Source: Promethearchaeati archaeon (GTDB lineage Archaea > Asgardarchaeota > Heimdallarchaeia > JABLTI01). Taken from it: 16,520 nucleotides of DNA. Shown piece by piece: positions 7,908 to 16,520 of the stretch; position 1 is the first letter of the stretch; each line of letters starts with the position of its first letter. Both the position numbers and the translations under genes were made by a program. The DNA is taken from NCBI GenBank assembly GCA_013166835.1, contig JABLTI010000062.1, positions 1-16,520 of the forward strand. The letters run 5' to 3'. Under the pieces are notes generated by a model. The model was not told where the DNA came from and did not search any database. It saw nothing but the letters and a program-made list of their open reading frames with translations.

Positions 7908-9356
7908 ATGAGTAAGAAGAAAACACCTAAGGAAACAACCAAACAAAAAAGAGATCCTATTGGTTACAAAGGAGAACTCCGGAAACGACTCGAGACAGAA
8001 GGAATCGGTGTTTGGAGTGAAGTAACTGTAAAGAAGGGAGATGCCGTTTATGAAGGCGTTATACTCCCAAGAAGTGATCACACATCCGAAGGATACTTGG
8101 TGCTTAAAGTTGATACTGGTTACAACATTGGTGTGAAAATCACCCCAGATACTACCATTGAGGAATATGGCTACAAAGAAGGAAAATACAAACTTCCTGA
8201 TATTAGTGTAAAATTCAAGGATGATTTACCCAATGTTACTCTTCTAGGAACAGGTGGTACTGTTGCTTCAAGATTAGATTATCGTACTGGAGCTGTTTTA
8301 CCAGCTTTTACACCAGAAGAATTATTCAGCGCAGTTCCTGAATTAATTGATATTTGTAATCTCACACCTAAGAAGATTTATTCATTATTATCTGAAAACT
8401 TCCAACCTGAATACTGGGCAAAAACAGCTGAAGCTGTTATGAAAGAATTCGAAAGTGGAGCTGAAGGGGTAATTATTGGCCACGGTACAGACACCATGAG
8501 TTTTACTGGTTCCGCTTTATCCTTCATGTTCCAGAATCAAGCTGCACCTATTGTTATTGTAGGTTCACAGAGAAGTAGTGATAGACCTTCAAGTGATGGT
8601 CCTCTTAACATAATTAATGCCAGCACTATTGCAGGTTACGTTGATCTTGCTGAAACAGTTATCTGTATGCATGGTGGAACAAGTGATTCCTATAATTTAA
8701 TTCATAGAGGAACTCGAGTTAGAAAGATGCATTCCAGCAGAAGAGATGCTTTCAGAACTATAAGTGATATACCTTTGGGGATAATTGATGCTAATCAAAA
8801 AGTGACTTTCTTGAAGGATGATGTTAAGAGAAGAGGAGATATGGCTGATATGTGGGTTGACACAAAAATCGATCCTAAAGTCGCTATGCTTTACTTTTAT
8901 CCCGGAATGGATGAGGATATGCTTCACTCTGTAATTGACAATAAATATCATGGAGTAGTTTTCATAAGCACTGGATTAGGTCATGTAAATACCGATATGT
9001 ACCCTGCTCTAGAGCGTGCACAAGAAGAAGAGATACCAATCTGCATTGTTGTAGAACCTTTGTGGGGTTTTACTAATCTACGAGTTTATGAAACTGGAAG
9101 AGATATGCTTGCTCGAGGTATTTTTGAAGGAGCAAATATGTTGCCATGTGCTGCATATGCAAAAATGATTTGGACTCTTGGTCATACGCGAGATGTTAAA
9201 GAAGTGGAGAAAATAATGACCACTAATATTGCTGGAGAGATAACTGATAGAGAGTTAAACAGGGCTTATATGATCATGCAAGGTGTTGAACCTGGTTTAG
9301 ATGAAATGCTCAAACAAGTTGATAAAAATCCCAGAGAACATCGATGGGGTATTTGA
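7908..9356 (+). CDS. gatD: Glu-tRNA(Gln) amidotransferase subunit D (asparaginase-like glutaminase)
   Basis: N-terminal GYNIG domain, GTGGTVASRLDYRTGAV, HGTDTM, GSQRSSDRPSSD, RKMHSSRRDAF and GLGHV. ATG 7908 follows the gatE stop; the ORF-track start at 7827 overlaps gatE. Confidence 0.96.
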   Translation: MSKKKTPKETTKQKRDPIGYKGELRKRLETEGIGVWSEVTVKKGDAVYEGVILPRSDHTSEGYLVLKVDTGYNIGVKITPDTTIEEYGYKEGKYKLPDISVKFKDDLPNVTLLGTGGTVASRLDYRTGAVLPAFTPEELFSAVPELIDICNLTPKKIYSLLSENFQPEYWAKTAEAVMKEFESGAEGVIIGHGTDTMSFTGSALSFMFQNQAAPIVIVGSQRSSDRPSSDGPLNIINASTIAGYVDLAETVICMHGGTSDSYNLIHRGTRVRKMHSSRRDAFRTISDIPLGIIDANQKVTFLKDDVKRRGDMADMWVDTKIDPKVAMLYFYPGMDEDMLHSVIDNKYHGVVFISTGLGHVNTDMYPALERAQEEEIPICIVVEPLWGFTNLRVYETGRDMLARGIFEGANMLPCAAYAKMIWTLGHTRDVKEVEKIMTTNIAGEITDRELNRAYMIMQGVEPGLDEMLKQVDKNPREHRWGI

Positions 9357-9394
9357 TTAACAGAATTAATCTTTAAAATAAAGAAATGTTGATA

Positions 9395-10072
9395 CTATTC
9401 CAAATAAGGTCTAGCATCAGCATCTTCACCATTTTCTTTAGCAACTTTACGCCAATGATTTGTGTTTATTTTTGCAAATGGTTTCTTTAGAATCTTCCAA
9501 TAAAACATTCCAGGAAAAGTTCTCGGAGCCATATCTGGTAAATCTGTTCCTGATATAATAGCATCTGCTAAATTATCCAAGATACCTCTCATGATATTTG
9601 CTGTTTTTCCAAGTTCAGGCATTAGTTTCCCATATCTTCCTTGGAACATTTCGCCTACTTCGACAGCAAGACTTCCTGCCCAATTGAAACCAACAGTCTT
9701 TGCAAATTTATGATATAGTGGAATTGATACGGCAGTAATTTGAACTACTTCCCCAAAACCACTATTAACTATTGGTAAGAATTTTATTTCTTCCAAATTC
9801 ATTTTTTTTGCAGCAATAAGTTCCATTAGCTTGATAACAATATACGGTTGGCAATCATCATAAAGTGGAGCTATTAAAACAACCATATTGGTTTCTTCAA
9901 TTTCTTTGAGCATCTGTGAAGTTTTTTCTTCACTAGCGAGTTGACTTCTTACAATGAGAGTAGTAGTTTCAAGACCTTTTTCCTTTAACTTTTCTTCTAT
10001 ATATTTTCCAAAACTAAATGAAGTGCTCTTCTTACCTCTTGGGCTTCCAATTAAAAACAAAACTTTAGTCAT
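9395..10072 (-). CDS. NAD(P)H-dependent FMN reductase / flavodoxin-fold protein
   Basis: FLIGSPRGKKSTS FMN-phosphate loop, APLYDD and IVNSGFGE. The start overlaps the upstream gene's stop (ATGA). Confidence 0.8.
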   Translation of the reverse strand: MTKVLFLIGSPRGKKSTSFSFGKYIEEKLKEKGLETTTLIVRSQLASEEKTSQMLKEIEETNMVVLIAPLYDDCQPYIVIKLMELIAAKKMNLEEIKFLPIVNSGFGEVVQITAVSIPLYHKFAKTVGFNWAGSLAVEVGEMFQGRYGKLMPELGKTANIMRGILDNLADAIISGTDLPDMAPRTFPGMFYWKILKKPFAKINTNHWRKVAKENGEDADARPYLE

Positions 10073-10644
10073 TTTTTCAACTCCATTTCATTTATTATTT
10101 GTTTTATTTTCTCTTGCTTTATCGTTTCATCTTTTTGAAAAATATGAGTTTTATAAACGGGAGGATAAAAATTCAAACTATGACGATAAATGAGTGTCTT
10201 AAACAATTGTTCTTCCTCTTCATCCGAATTCTCAGAAATTCCTATAGCAAGAAGAGATGGATATTTTTCATATCTTTTAATGTGATGCGATTCTCCATCT
10301 ATTATTTGAACACCAGGATGCAAAGTGCCAATAAGACGTTCAATAATCTTCTTTAATTCAGAAGAATACCCACCAAAGGTTATTGGTGTTAAAAATACTA
10401 ATAGATCACAATTAACAATCTTCTTCTTAATCGCTTCACCTTCGTCACCTTTTACTCCGGTACATATTCCAGGGGTAGTATCCCAGCATTTGAAACAACC
10501 TGTACAACTAATTATTTTGATTTCATTCATAACAAAAGAATCAGTTTTCATATTTCGATATTTTAATTCTTGTTCCAAAGCTGCTTGGATTGGCGCTAAT
10601 TTTTGTTGATGTTTTAGACTTCCATTTAGAATGACAACATTCAA
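10069..10644 (-). CDS. Iron-sulfur flavoprotein-like flavodoxin family protein
   Basis: VILNGS, a Cx2Cx2Cx7C cluster (CTGCFKCWDTTPGIC) and TPITFGGYSSELKKIIERL. TTG start. Confidence 0.82.
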   Translation of the reverse strand: MNVVILNGSLKHQQKLAPIQAALEQELKYRNMKTDSFVMNEIKIISCTGCFKCWDTTPGICTGVKGDEGEAIKKKIVNCDLLVFLTPITFGGYSSELKKIIERLIGTLHPGVQIIDGESHHIKRYEKYPSLLAIGISENSDEEEEQLFKTLIYRHSLNFYPPVYKTHIFQKDETIKQEKIKQIINEMELKK

Positions 10645-10683
10645 TTAAATCACAGCAAGTAATTGATATTTAAATTTAAGAGT

Positions 10684-10709
10684 TTTTTCTCACAAAAAAA
10701 TGAGAAAAA
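10684..10709. promoter_or_regulatory. 9-8-9 perfect inverted repeat in the flavoprotein/ferritin divergent promoter region
   Basis: TTTTTCTCA-caaaaaaa-TGAGAAAAA. Confidence 0.45.
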
Positions 10710-10775
10710 TAAATCTGTTTTTAAAATAACAGTTTAAGAAGTTATTAATTAAGACCAATTTTTAGAAGAAAGTAA

Positions 10776-10796
10776 GAAAGAATGCTTTTAAGAGCA
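10776..10796 (+). promoter_or_regulatory. Candidate BRE/TATA promoter for ferritin
   Basis: Purine-rich GAAAGAA followed by TTTTAAGA (10786-10793), embedded in the near-palindrome TGCTTTTAAGAGCA. An alternative TATA, TTTAAATG, lies at 10808-10815. Confidence 0.35.
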
Positions 10797-10881
10797 ACTC
10801 ATCTATGTTTAAATGAAAATAGCGAGGATAATTTTTGTCCTGCTGAATTCCTAAAACTAAATTATGGGATGATTTCAAAAA

Positions 10882-11364
10882 ATGGCATTAATAAGTGAAG
10901 AAATGAATAAAGCCCTCAATAATCAAATTAAAGAGGAACTAGAATCCGGATACCTTTATCTAGGTATGTCTTATTGGTTTGAAGAACGTTCATTCCACAA
11001 CCTCGCACATTGGTATTATGCGCAAGCACAAGAAGAATATGTCCATGCAAAGAAATTCATGGATTACATTATTGAAACTGGTGGAACTGTGGAATTACAA
11101 GCTCTTAAAAAACCAAAAGCTGATTGGAAGAATTTCAAGGAAATTTTAGAAGCTGGGTTAGCTCACGAGAAATTCATTACAAGTAAAATCGAAGAGTTAT
11201 GGAAACTTATGGAGAAATTGGGAGAATTACAACCACGATCATTACTAACTTGGTTCATTGACGAACAAATCGAAGAAGAAGCAAACGCACAAGAACTCAT
11301 TGATACTCATGAAGGTTACAAGAACGATCAATTATTCGATCATCATACTCACAGAGCAGAATAA
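10882..11364 (+). CDS. ftnA: Non-heme ferritin (FtnA type)
   Basis: LNNQIKEELESGYLYLGM, QAQEEYVHAKKF, AHEKFIT and LTWFIDEQIEEE. The ferroxidase-centre Glu/His/Tyr/Gln residues are present. Confidence 0.93.
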   Translation: MALISEEMNKALNNQIKEELESGYLYLGMSYWFEERSFHNLAHWYYAQAQEEYVHAKKFMDYIIETGGTVELQALKKPKADWKNFKEILEAGLAHEKFITSKIEELWKLMEKLGELQPRSLLTWFIDEQIEEEANAQELIDTHEGYKNDQLFDHHTHRAE

Positions 11365-11379
11365 TAAATTAAAATAATA

Positions 11380-11435
11380 AATGGAATTTGACTTACTCAA
11401 ATTTCATTGATTTCTTTTCTTTTTTCTTTCTTTTC
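11380..11435 (+). terminator. Putative terminator after ferritin
   Basis: 12-bp stem AATGGAATTTGA / TCAAATTTCATT (one G-U pair) with a CTTAC loop, followed by a long T-rich pyrimidine tract. Confidence 0.65.
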
Positions 11436-11469
11436 AAAGAAAGATTTATCTTTGGATACTTGTTTGTTT

Positions 11470-14388
11470 ATGACTATGAAGATCTCTAATGACTTTACAT
11501 TTGAATTCTACAAAGAATACTCCAACATTAGAGAGCTCCTTATTGATTCATTCAACGATAAAATCTCACATTATCAGAAGCTAGTTTACTCACAACAGAT
11601 TGTTTTCAGTCTGTTTGTAATTGGTTTTCTTGTGGATAAAAAAATAATAAGAAAAGAGAATGGTTCTAGCTTAAACCGAGATGAATTTTTTTCTGAATTG
11701 CAAAAAAGTAATTCCTTCCTTATTGAATTACTTGAAGTATCCACTTTTTGTAGAACGTTTGCATCAGATAGGATTTTCACTATTTCAAATCAGAAGTACT
11801 TCATTCCTTTCTTCAATGCAGATTTCTTTATTCTTCTATCAGAAGTAGATAGTAGAACAATCTCTATCTCGAGTAATTCTTTAGAACATGTGCTTAGTTT
11901 TATTTCGAAAATCTCAAAAAATCCCGAGTTTAGCTTTGATATCTTTGGTAGTATATTCGAACAAGATTTAGTACTTCTTGAAACTCTAAGAAAAGATGAA
12001 GAATCTGTTGATCAACAAATCAAAATACTTTCTACACTCAGTGAAAGAAGAAAGAAAGGAATTTTCTATACTCCAAAAACAGTTACAGAGTATATCTGTA
12101 GAAAAGCTGTTCATTCATATCTCTTAGAGCATTTTAATTTAGTTGATGTGAAACTTGAAGTAGCTATTTCAAAAATGAATGAATCTGAACTCATAGCATT
12201 CTACGAATTTATTTGTGAGATTAAAATCCTTGATCCTGCTTGTGGTGCAGGGAATTTCTTACTTGAAACTTGTGAATTACTTCTAAATCTTAGAAAGATG
12301 GTCTTACAGAAATTATCTGGAAAAATAGATCCTCTTAAGTTAAAGTATGAAATTTTAAGGTCAAATATATTTGGCGTAGATATACAAGAAATTGCCATAA
12401 ATATAACAACACTTCGATTATGGTTATGGCTACTAGAAGATTATGAAGTAATTCCAAATAAAACAAAAAAGAATCTTCTACCTGATTTAATTCCAAATCT
12501 ACAAATTGGAAATACTCTGATTGGTTTTAGCTCTGAAAAAATCATACCAATAGATTCTGATTATAAAATTAAGCCGGAAATACAGGACATAATTATTGAA
12601 GCTCAAAAGGTATTATTGGAAATACCTCGAGAGGATGAAAGCAACGATATTCTAGATGCATTTTCCAATATTGTTGAAACACTAAAAACCAGTTCTGTTA
12701 AGCAAAAGATTTTTACAAATCAAGATTTACTCGAGGCAAATTTTGGGAATCTTCAAACACAATTAATAGCAAACAATGTTGATTTTAATGTTTATTCTAA
12801 GCTTAAGACCCTCTACAATCAAATTAGAAAATTGCTTTATAACATCATCAACGAAAAATACTTGACCTTTTTACAAAACAAAATCAAAAAATCTTCAATA
12901 AAACTACGGGATTTGGAGCTTCTAAATCCATTTCATTGGAGAGTTGATTTTGCTGAAATAATTTATGAGGGAGGATTTGATGTTATCATTGGGAATCCTC
13001 CTTATCTTGAGAATAAGAAAATAAGGAATTTAGTTGAAAAAGAATTGTTGAAAGCGCAATATAATACAGCTTACAAATTGTATGATCTCTCTATTCTCTT
13101 TATTGAGCGTTCACATATGTTACTCAAGGAGAAAGGTTACTTTTCTTTCATAATTACAAATAAATTCATCTCAACTGACTATGGAATTAAAATAAGAAAA
13201 AAGATTTTGAAAGAAACAAGATTAAAAGAAATCATAGATGTTTCTTATCTTCCAATATTCAAAGACGCAGCAACATATCCGATTATTATAACTTTCAGTA
13301 AAGCTTCAACAACTCTAGATGTAAAAAACTTAGAGAATGAATTTCTGATTATCCCAAAATTGGATAAATTAAAACTTCTGAAAACTGAAAGGTTCAAGAA
13401 AACTAAAGCAAAACAAAGCAATTACTACAACTTACCAAAACATATTTTTGATCTCACAGGTAATTTTCCCATAATTAATGAAATTATTAATTCTCCAAAA
13501 TCTGTTAAATTATCAGATCTTGGAAGATTCGCTTATCGTATTTTAGGTTTCACTGATTGGGAGAAATCTCTTGAATTAATTTCCACAAAAAGGATATCAA
13601 AAGATGATTTGAAATTTATAGGGACAACCAATGTATTTCAGTATTCAATAGATTGGAAAAAAATCATCAAACTTAGCGGTAAAAGATTAGAGAGAACTTA
13701 TTTACTTTATACTAAGAAACACGAAGCTGCTTGGGAGACTTTCCAAAAACAAAAGATCCTGATAAAAGAGATAAGTAAAAAATTGACAGCCAGCTTCGAT
13801 CCAGGCATATTTGCTAATGCAACTGGTATCTATATGTTTTTGCCGAAAGACGAGTGTAATCTGAAATTACTTACAATATTGCTGAATTCTAAATTACTGG
13901 ATTTCATTTTTTCAACCTTGTTTGGTTCAACACACATGGCAGGAGGATATCTACGTTTTAATGGAAGCTATTTGAAAGAACTTCCCATTATAATTCCAAA
14001 AGATGATTGGCTACAAGATCTCATAGCAAATCTTTGTGACTATTTATCATTTTTACAACAGCTAGTTATAGATAATGACATCAGAATCAAGCTACTTGAG
14101 TTCTTTTCTAAAATTACTAATTATTTAGTTTTGGAAGTTTATTTCGAGAGTGAATTTAAGAAATCAATTTTTAGTGAAATTAGGAATCTAATAAAGCCTA
14201 TTGATTTTGATAAATGGTTCAAACTCTACTTTAACAATAAGAAGAAGAATGATTTAGAGCATCTTACAAGAGAAATACTACAGGTTATAACTTCAGTAAA
14301 TAAAATAATTGTAGAAAAAACTAATGTTGAAGAAATTATAGATAATCTCCACAAGAATAAAAAATTAGCTCTCATTTTTCATTCATAG
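11470..14388 (+). CDS. N6-adenine DNA methyltransferase, gamma class (Eco57I/TaqI-like) with C-terminal target-recognition domain
   Basis: Motif X GIFYTP, motif I ILDPACGAGNFL, FGVDI, FHWRVDFAEI, motif IV GFDVIIGNPPY, DLSILFIE, IFKDAATYP and a TaqI_C-like LLNSKLL...YLKELPI. ATG 11470 or 11476 is preferred because the 11407 extension translates the terminator T-tract. Confidence 0.9.
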   Translation: MTMKISNDFTFEFYKEYSNIRELLIDSFNDKISHYQKLVYSQQIVFSLFVIGFLVDKKIIRKENGSSLNRDEFFSELQKSNSFLIELLEVSTFCRTFASDRIFTISNQKYFIPFFNADFFILLSEVDSRTISISSNSLEHVLSFISKISKNPEFSFDIFGSIFEQDLVLLETLRKDEESVDQQIKILSTLSERRKKGIFYTPKTVTEYICRKAVHSYLLEHFNLVDVKLEVAISKMNESELIAFYEFICEIKILDPACGAGNFLLETCELLLNLRKMVLQKLSGKIDPLKLKYEILRSNIFGVDIQEIAINITTLRLWLWLLEDYEVIPNKTKKNLLPDLIPNLQIGNTLIGFSSEKIIPIDSDYKIKPEIQDIIIEAQKVLLEIPREDESNDILDAFSNIVETLKTSSVKQKIFTNQDLLEANFGNLQTQLIANNVDFNVYSKLKTLYNQIRKLLYNIINEKYLTFLQNKIKKSSIKLRDLELLNPFHWRVDFAEIIYEGGFDVIIGNPPYLENKKIRNLVEKELLKAQYNTAYKLYDLSILFIERSHMLLKEKGYFSFIITNKFISTDYGIKIRKKILKETRLKEIIDVSYLPIFKDAATYPIIITFSKASTTLDVKNLENEFLIIPKLDKLKLLKTERFKKTKAKQSNYYNLPKHIFDLTGNFPIINEIINSPKSVKLSDLGRFAYRILGFTDWEKSLELISTKRISKDDLKFIGTTNVFQYSIDWKKIIKLSGKRLERTYLLYTKKHEAAWETFQKQKILIKEISKKLTASFDPGIFANATGIYMFLPKDECNLKLLTILLNSKLLDFIFSTLFGSTHMAGGYLRFNGSYLKELPIIIPKDDWLQDLIANLCDYLSFLQQLVIDNDIRIKLLEFFSKITNYLVLEVYFESEFKKSIFSEIRNLIKPIDFDKWFKLYFNNKKKNDLEHLTREILQVITSVNKIIVEKTNVEEIIDNLHKNKKLALIFHS

Positions 14389-15067
14389 CATAATCTAGAA
14401 CTGAGAGAGCATGGATTGTTGTTGTGTCAAACACAGGTATTTTACAATCTTCTTGTTTAATTAGCAAAGGAATTTCTGTACAACCTAAAATTACCCCTTC
14501 AGCTCCTTTTTCATGTAATCGATAAATGATTTCGAGGTATTTCTCTTGAGAGGTGTCATTTAAGATATGAAAAGTTAATTCTTTGTAAATAATTCTAGAG
14601 ATTGTTTCTTGATCTTCTGGAGTTGGAGTAATTACTTCGAGGTCATATTTCTCAAATGCTTTCTGATAATAATCACCCTGCATAGTAAATTTAGTACCAA
14701 TCAAACCAACTTTTTTCAAATTGTGCTTCTTAATTTCCTTTGCTACTGCATCCATTATGCTAATCATTGGTTTGGATACTTTTACTTCTAATTCATTAAA
14801 TACTATATGAGGAGTGTTTGTAGCCATAATAATTACTTCTGCTTTTGCAGCAATTAAATTGGTAGCGGATAAATAGAGTTCTTCCAAAACTTTATCCCAT
14901 TCATCTGCTGCAAACCAATCCGTTAATTTCTGTAAATCTAAACTATCAATAACGAGATTCGGTGACGATGAATCACCAATGATTTTATTGTAACTTCTTG
15001 CAATGATTTTATAATATTCAAAAGTGGATTCAACACTTAAGCCACCGATAATTCCAATCTTCTTCAT
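14372..15067 (-). CDS. Aspartate/glutamate racemase family (RacX/YgeA-like)
   Basis: IGIIGGLSVESTFEYY, ATNTPH, VGLIGTKFTM, VILGCTEIPLL and FDTT.IHA. ATG 15067 chosen; GTG 15076 is an alternative start. Confidence 0.9.
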   Translation of the reverse strand: MKKIGIIGGLSVESTFEYYKIIARSYNKIIGDSSSPNLVIDSLDLQKLTDWFAADEWDKVLEELYLSATNLIAAKAEVIIMATNTPHIVFNELEVKVSKPMISIMDAVAKEIKKHNLKKVGLIGTKFTMQGDYYQKAFEKYDLEVITPTPEDQETISRIIYKELTFHILNDTSQEKYLEIIYRLHEKGAEGVILGCTEIPLLIKQEDCKIPVFDTTTIHALSVLDYAMNEK

Positions 15068-15076
15068 TTTAATCAC

Positions 15077-15685
15077 TTATTGAATCTCTTCACCGTTATA
15101 TTTAACGAGTGTCCATTTTTTATCTTTCTGAGATTGAATTATCTCATTTACTGCACAGTTAATGAACCAAGCTTGATTTTTTGGTAAAATATTCAATGTT
15201 GATTGCAAAATATGATAGAGAGACCCACCGTGAGCAACAACTAAAATTGTGGAATCATTTTCTCCTGAAGCGATTATTTCATTAAAAATATCTTTTATTC
15301 TATGCTTGAATTCATTAGTTGTTTCTCCATTAGGAACTCTAATATCGTGATCATCCCAACAAGAATTCAGAAAGGCATTTTCTTCTTCGGTTAGCTCCTT
15401 AGAATTCTTTCCTTCAAAATCACCTAAATACATCTCTCTTAAACGCTCATCAAAAACAATATCTTTTACTCCTAGAACTTTTGTGATTATTTTTGCTGTC
15501 TCTTTTGCTCGAGATAAATCCGATGAATATACAGAATCAAAGACTATTTTGCTTTCCAAGAGTTTTTCTCCAGTAGTTTTTGCTTGTTCTCTTCCAATAT
15601 CAGAGAGAGAAGAGTTCATGTGCCCCTGAATTATATTTTCCTTATTCGCTTCGCTTTGTCCGTGTCTTATTAGAAAAATTCTCAT
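15077..15685 (-). CDS. Histidine phosphatase superfamily protein (PGM/CobC-like), copy 2
   Basis: LIRHGQSEAN, SSDLSRAKETA, LREMYLGDFEG, PNGET and VVAHGG. Confidence 0.92.
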   Translation of the reverse strand: MRIFLIRHGQSEANKENIIQGHMNSSLSDIGREQAKTTGEKLLESKIVFDSVYSSDLSRAKETAKIITKVLGVKDIVFDERLREMYLGDFEGKNSKELTEEENAFLNSCWDDHDIRVPNGETTNEFKHRIKDIFNEIIASGENDSTILVVAHGGSLYHILQSTLNILPKNQAWFINCAVNEIIQSQKDKKWTLVKYNGEEIQ

Positions 15686-15699
15686 ATTGTATTCTCCAT

Positions 15700-16311
15700 T
15701 TAGATTTTTTTATTGTTAAACATAGTAATTTTCCAAGTATCTTCTGCAGATTCTCTTTCTATAATATTCAGCATACAACTCCCAAACCATTCCTCAAGTT
15801 TCTCTGGTAGAAGATTCAGAACTCTAATCAATATATGATATAATGTCCCACCATGTCCTACGATAAGAATAATGGAATTTTCTTGGTTATTTTCTATTAT
15901 TTCTAGGAATGCTTCCTTCATTCTTTTTGTCATATCTATATTACTTTCACCATCTGGGACTTTTACTTCTTTAGCATCTCGAATTGTAGAGTCAAGGAAT
16001 TCACTCTCTTCTTCTGTTAAGTCATCCGAGTATTTCCCTTCGAAAACTCCTGCGTCTCCTTCTCTTAATCGTTTATCGAAAACAATATTCTTAAAACCAA
16101 TTTCACTGCAAATGATTTTTACTGTTTCAGCTGCTCTAACTATATCAGATGCATAAACAACATCAAACTTTATCCCTTTATTCAGAAATTCTTGTCCTAA
16201 GGATTTGGCTTGCTCCTTACCTAAATCAGTTAGAGGGTAATCTCCGTGACCTGCAATAATTCTATGAAGGTTAGCTTCACTTTGTCCATGTCTGACAAGA
16301 TAAAATTTCAT
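15700..16311 (-). CDS. Histidine phosphatase superfamily protein (PGM/CobC-like), copy 1
   Basis: LVRHGQSEAN, ASDIVRAAETV, LREGDAGVFEG, PDGES and IVGHGG. SD-like GAGG upstream of the ATG. Confidence 0.92.
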   Translation of the reverse strand: MKFYLVRHGQSEANLHRIIAGHGDYPLTDLGKEQAKSLGQEFLNKGIKFDVVYASDIVRAAETVKIICSEIGFKNIVFDKRLREGDAGVFEGKYSDDLTEEESEFLDSTIRDAKEVKVPDGESNIDMTKRMKEAFLEIIENNQENSIILIVGHGGTLYHILIRVLNLLPEKLEEWFGSCMLNIIERESAEDTWKITMFNNKKI

Positions 16312-16324
16312 AAGATATCCTCTT

Positions 16325-16519
16325 TCAAGTAACTTCTTTCTTCACGTCTATTTTTTCTTCAAGAATTTCCATTTGCTTAAACTCTTCTATCCCTTTCTTT
16401 ATTCTTTGAATACTACTAACAAAGTAATTTGGAAGTTTATTCGTTTCTAACATCGTATCAAGAATTAAGAGATATTTTAGCAAGTAACCAGAAATATAGG
16501 ATAGATAGTGTGAAGCGTT
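16325..16519 (-). CDS. 3' end of a hypothetical protein running off the window (not in the ORF track)
   Basis: Open frame NASHYLSYISGYLLKYLLILDTMLETNKLPNYFVSSIQRIKKGIEEFKQMEILEEKIDVKKEVT* ends 13 bp before the phosphatase start, on the same strand. Confidence 0.6.
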   Translation of the reverse strand, partial: NASHYLSYISGYLLKYLLILDTMLETNKLPNYFVSSIQRIKKGIEEFKQMEILEEKIDVKKEVT

Positions 16520-16520
16520 T

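Noticed and set aside
9355-9384. Two 6-bp hairpins between convergent gatD and the flavoprotein gene
   Set aside because: The short AT-rich stems could act in termination but are too weak to call.
11380-11408. Hairpin after ferritin as a SECIS element or 3' IRE
   Set aside because: It lacks the AUGA/GA quartet and CAGUGN loop, ferritin has no in-frame UGA, and the following T-tract fits a terminator.
11407-11469. N-terminal extension MISFLFSFF... of the DNA methyltransferase as a signal peptide
   Set aside because: It is simply the translation of the terminator T-tract from a TTG. ATG 11470 or 11476 is the likelier start.
466-16156. Short ORFs (60-94 aa) overlapping the main genes in the ORF track
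   Set aside because: All lie antisense to, or out of frame within, well-supported genes and show no recognisable motifs.

Overview
AT-rich (roughly 30% GC by eye), gene-dense archaeal chromosomal window, most likely from an Asgard archaeon. This rests on the typically archaeal gatE-gatD amidotransferase pair lying beside a divergent eukaryote-type actin-related protein (ARP). Gene order: 5'-truncated GNAT, SAM methyltransferase, SagB/ThcOx-type nitroreductase, GrpB-family protein, TPR protein, CoA-binding protein, ARP, gatE, gatD, two flavodoxin-fold flavoproteins, ferritin, a large orphan N6-adenine DNA methyltransferase, an Asp/Glu racemase, two tandem histidine phosphatases and a partial ORF. 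I saw no tRNA, rRNA, CRISPR array or transposase. The most interesting signals are the ARP (degenerate nucleotide-binding loops, collapsed D-loop, insertion at the hydrophobic plug), the dyad-rich ARP/gatE intergenic region, and a bulged hairpin or Fur-like box in the ferritin leader. All calls come from motif recognition by eye, with no database searches.
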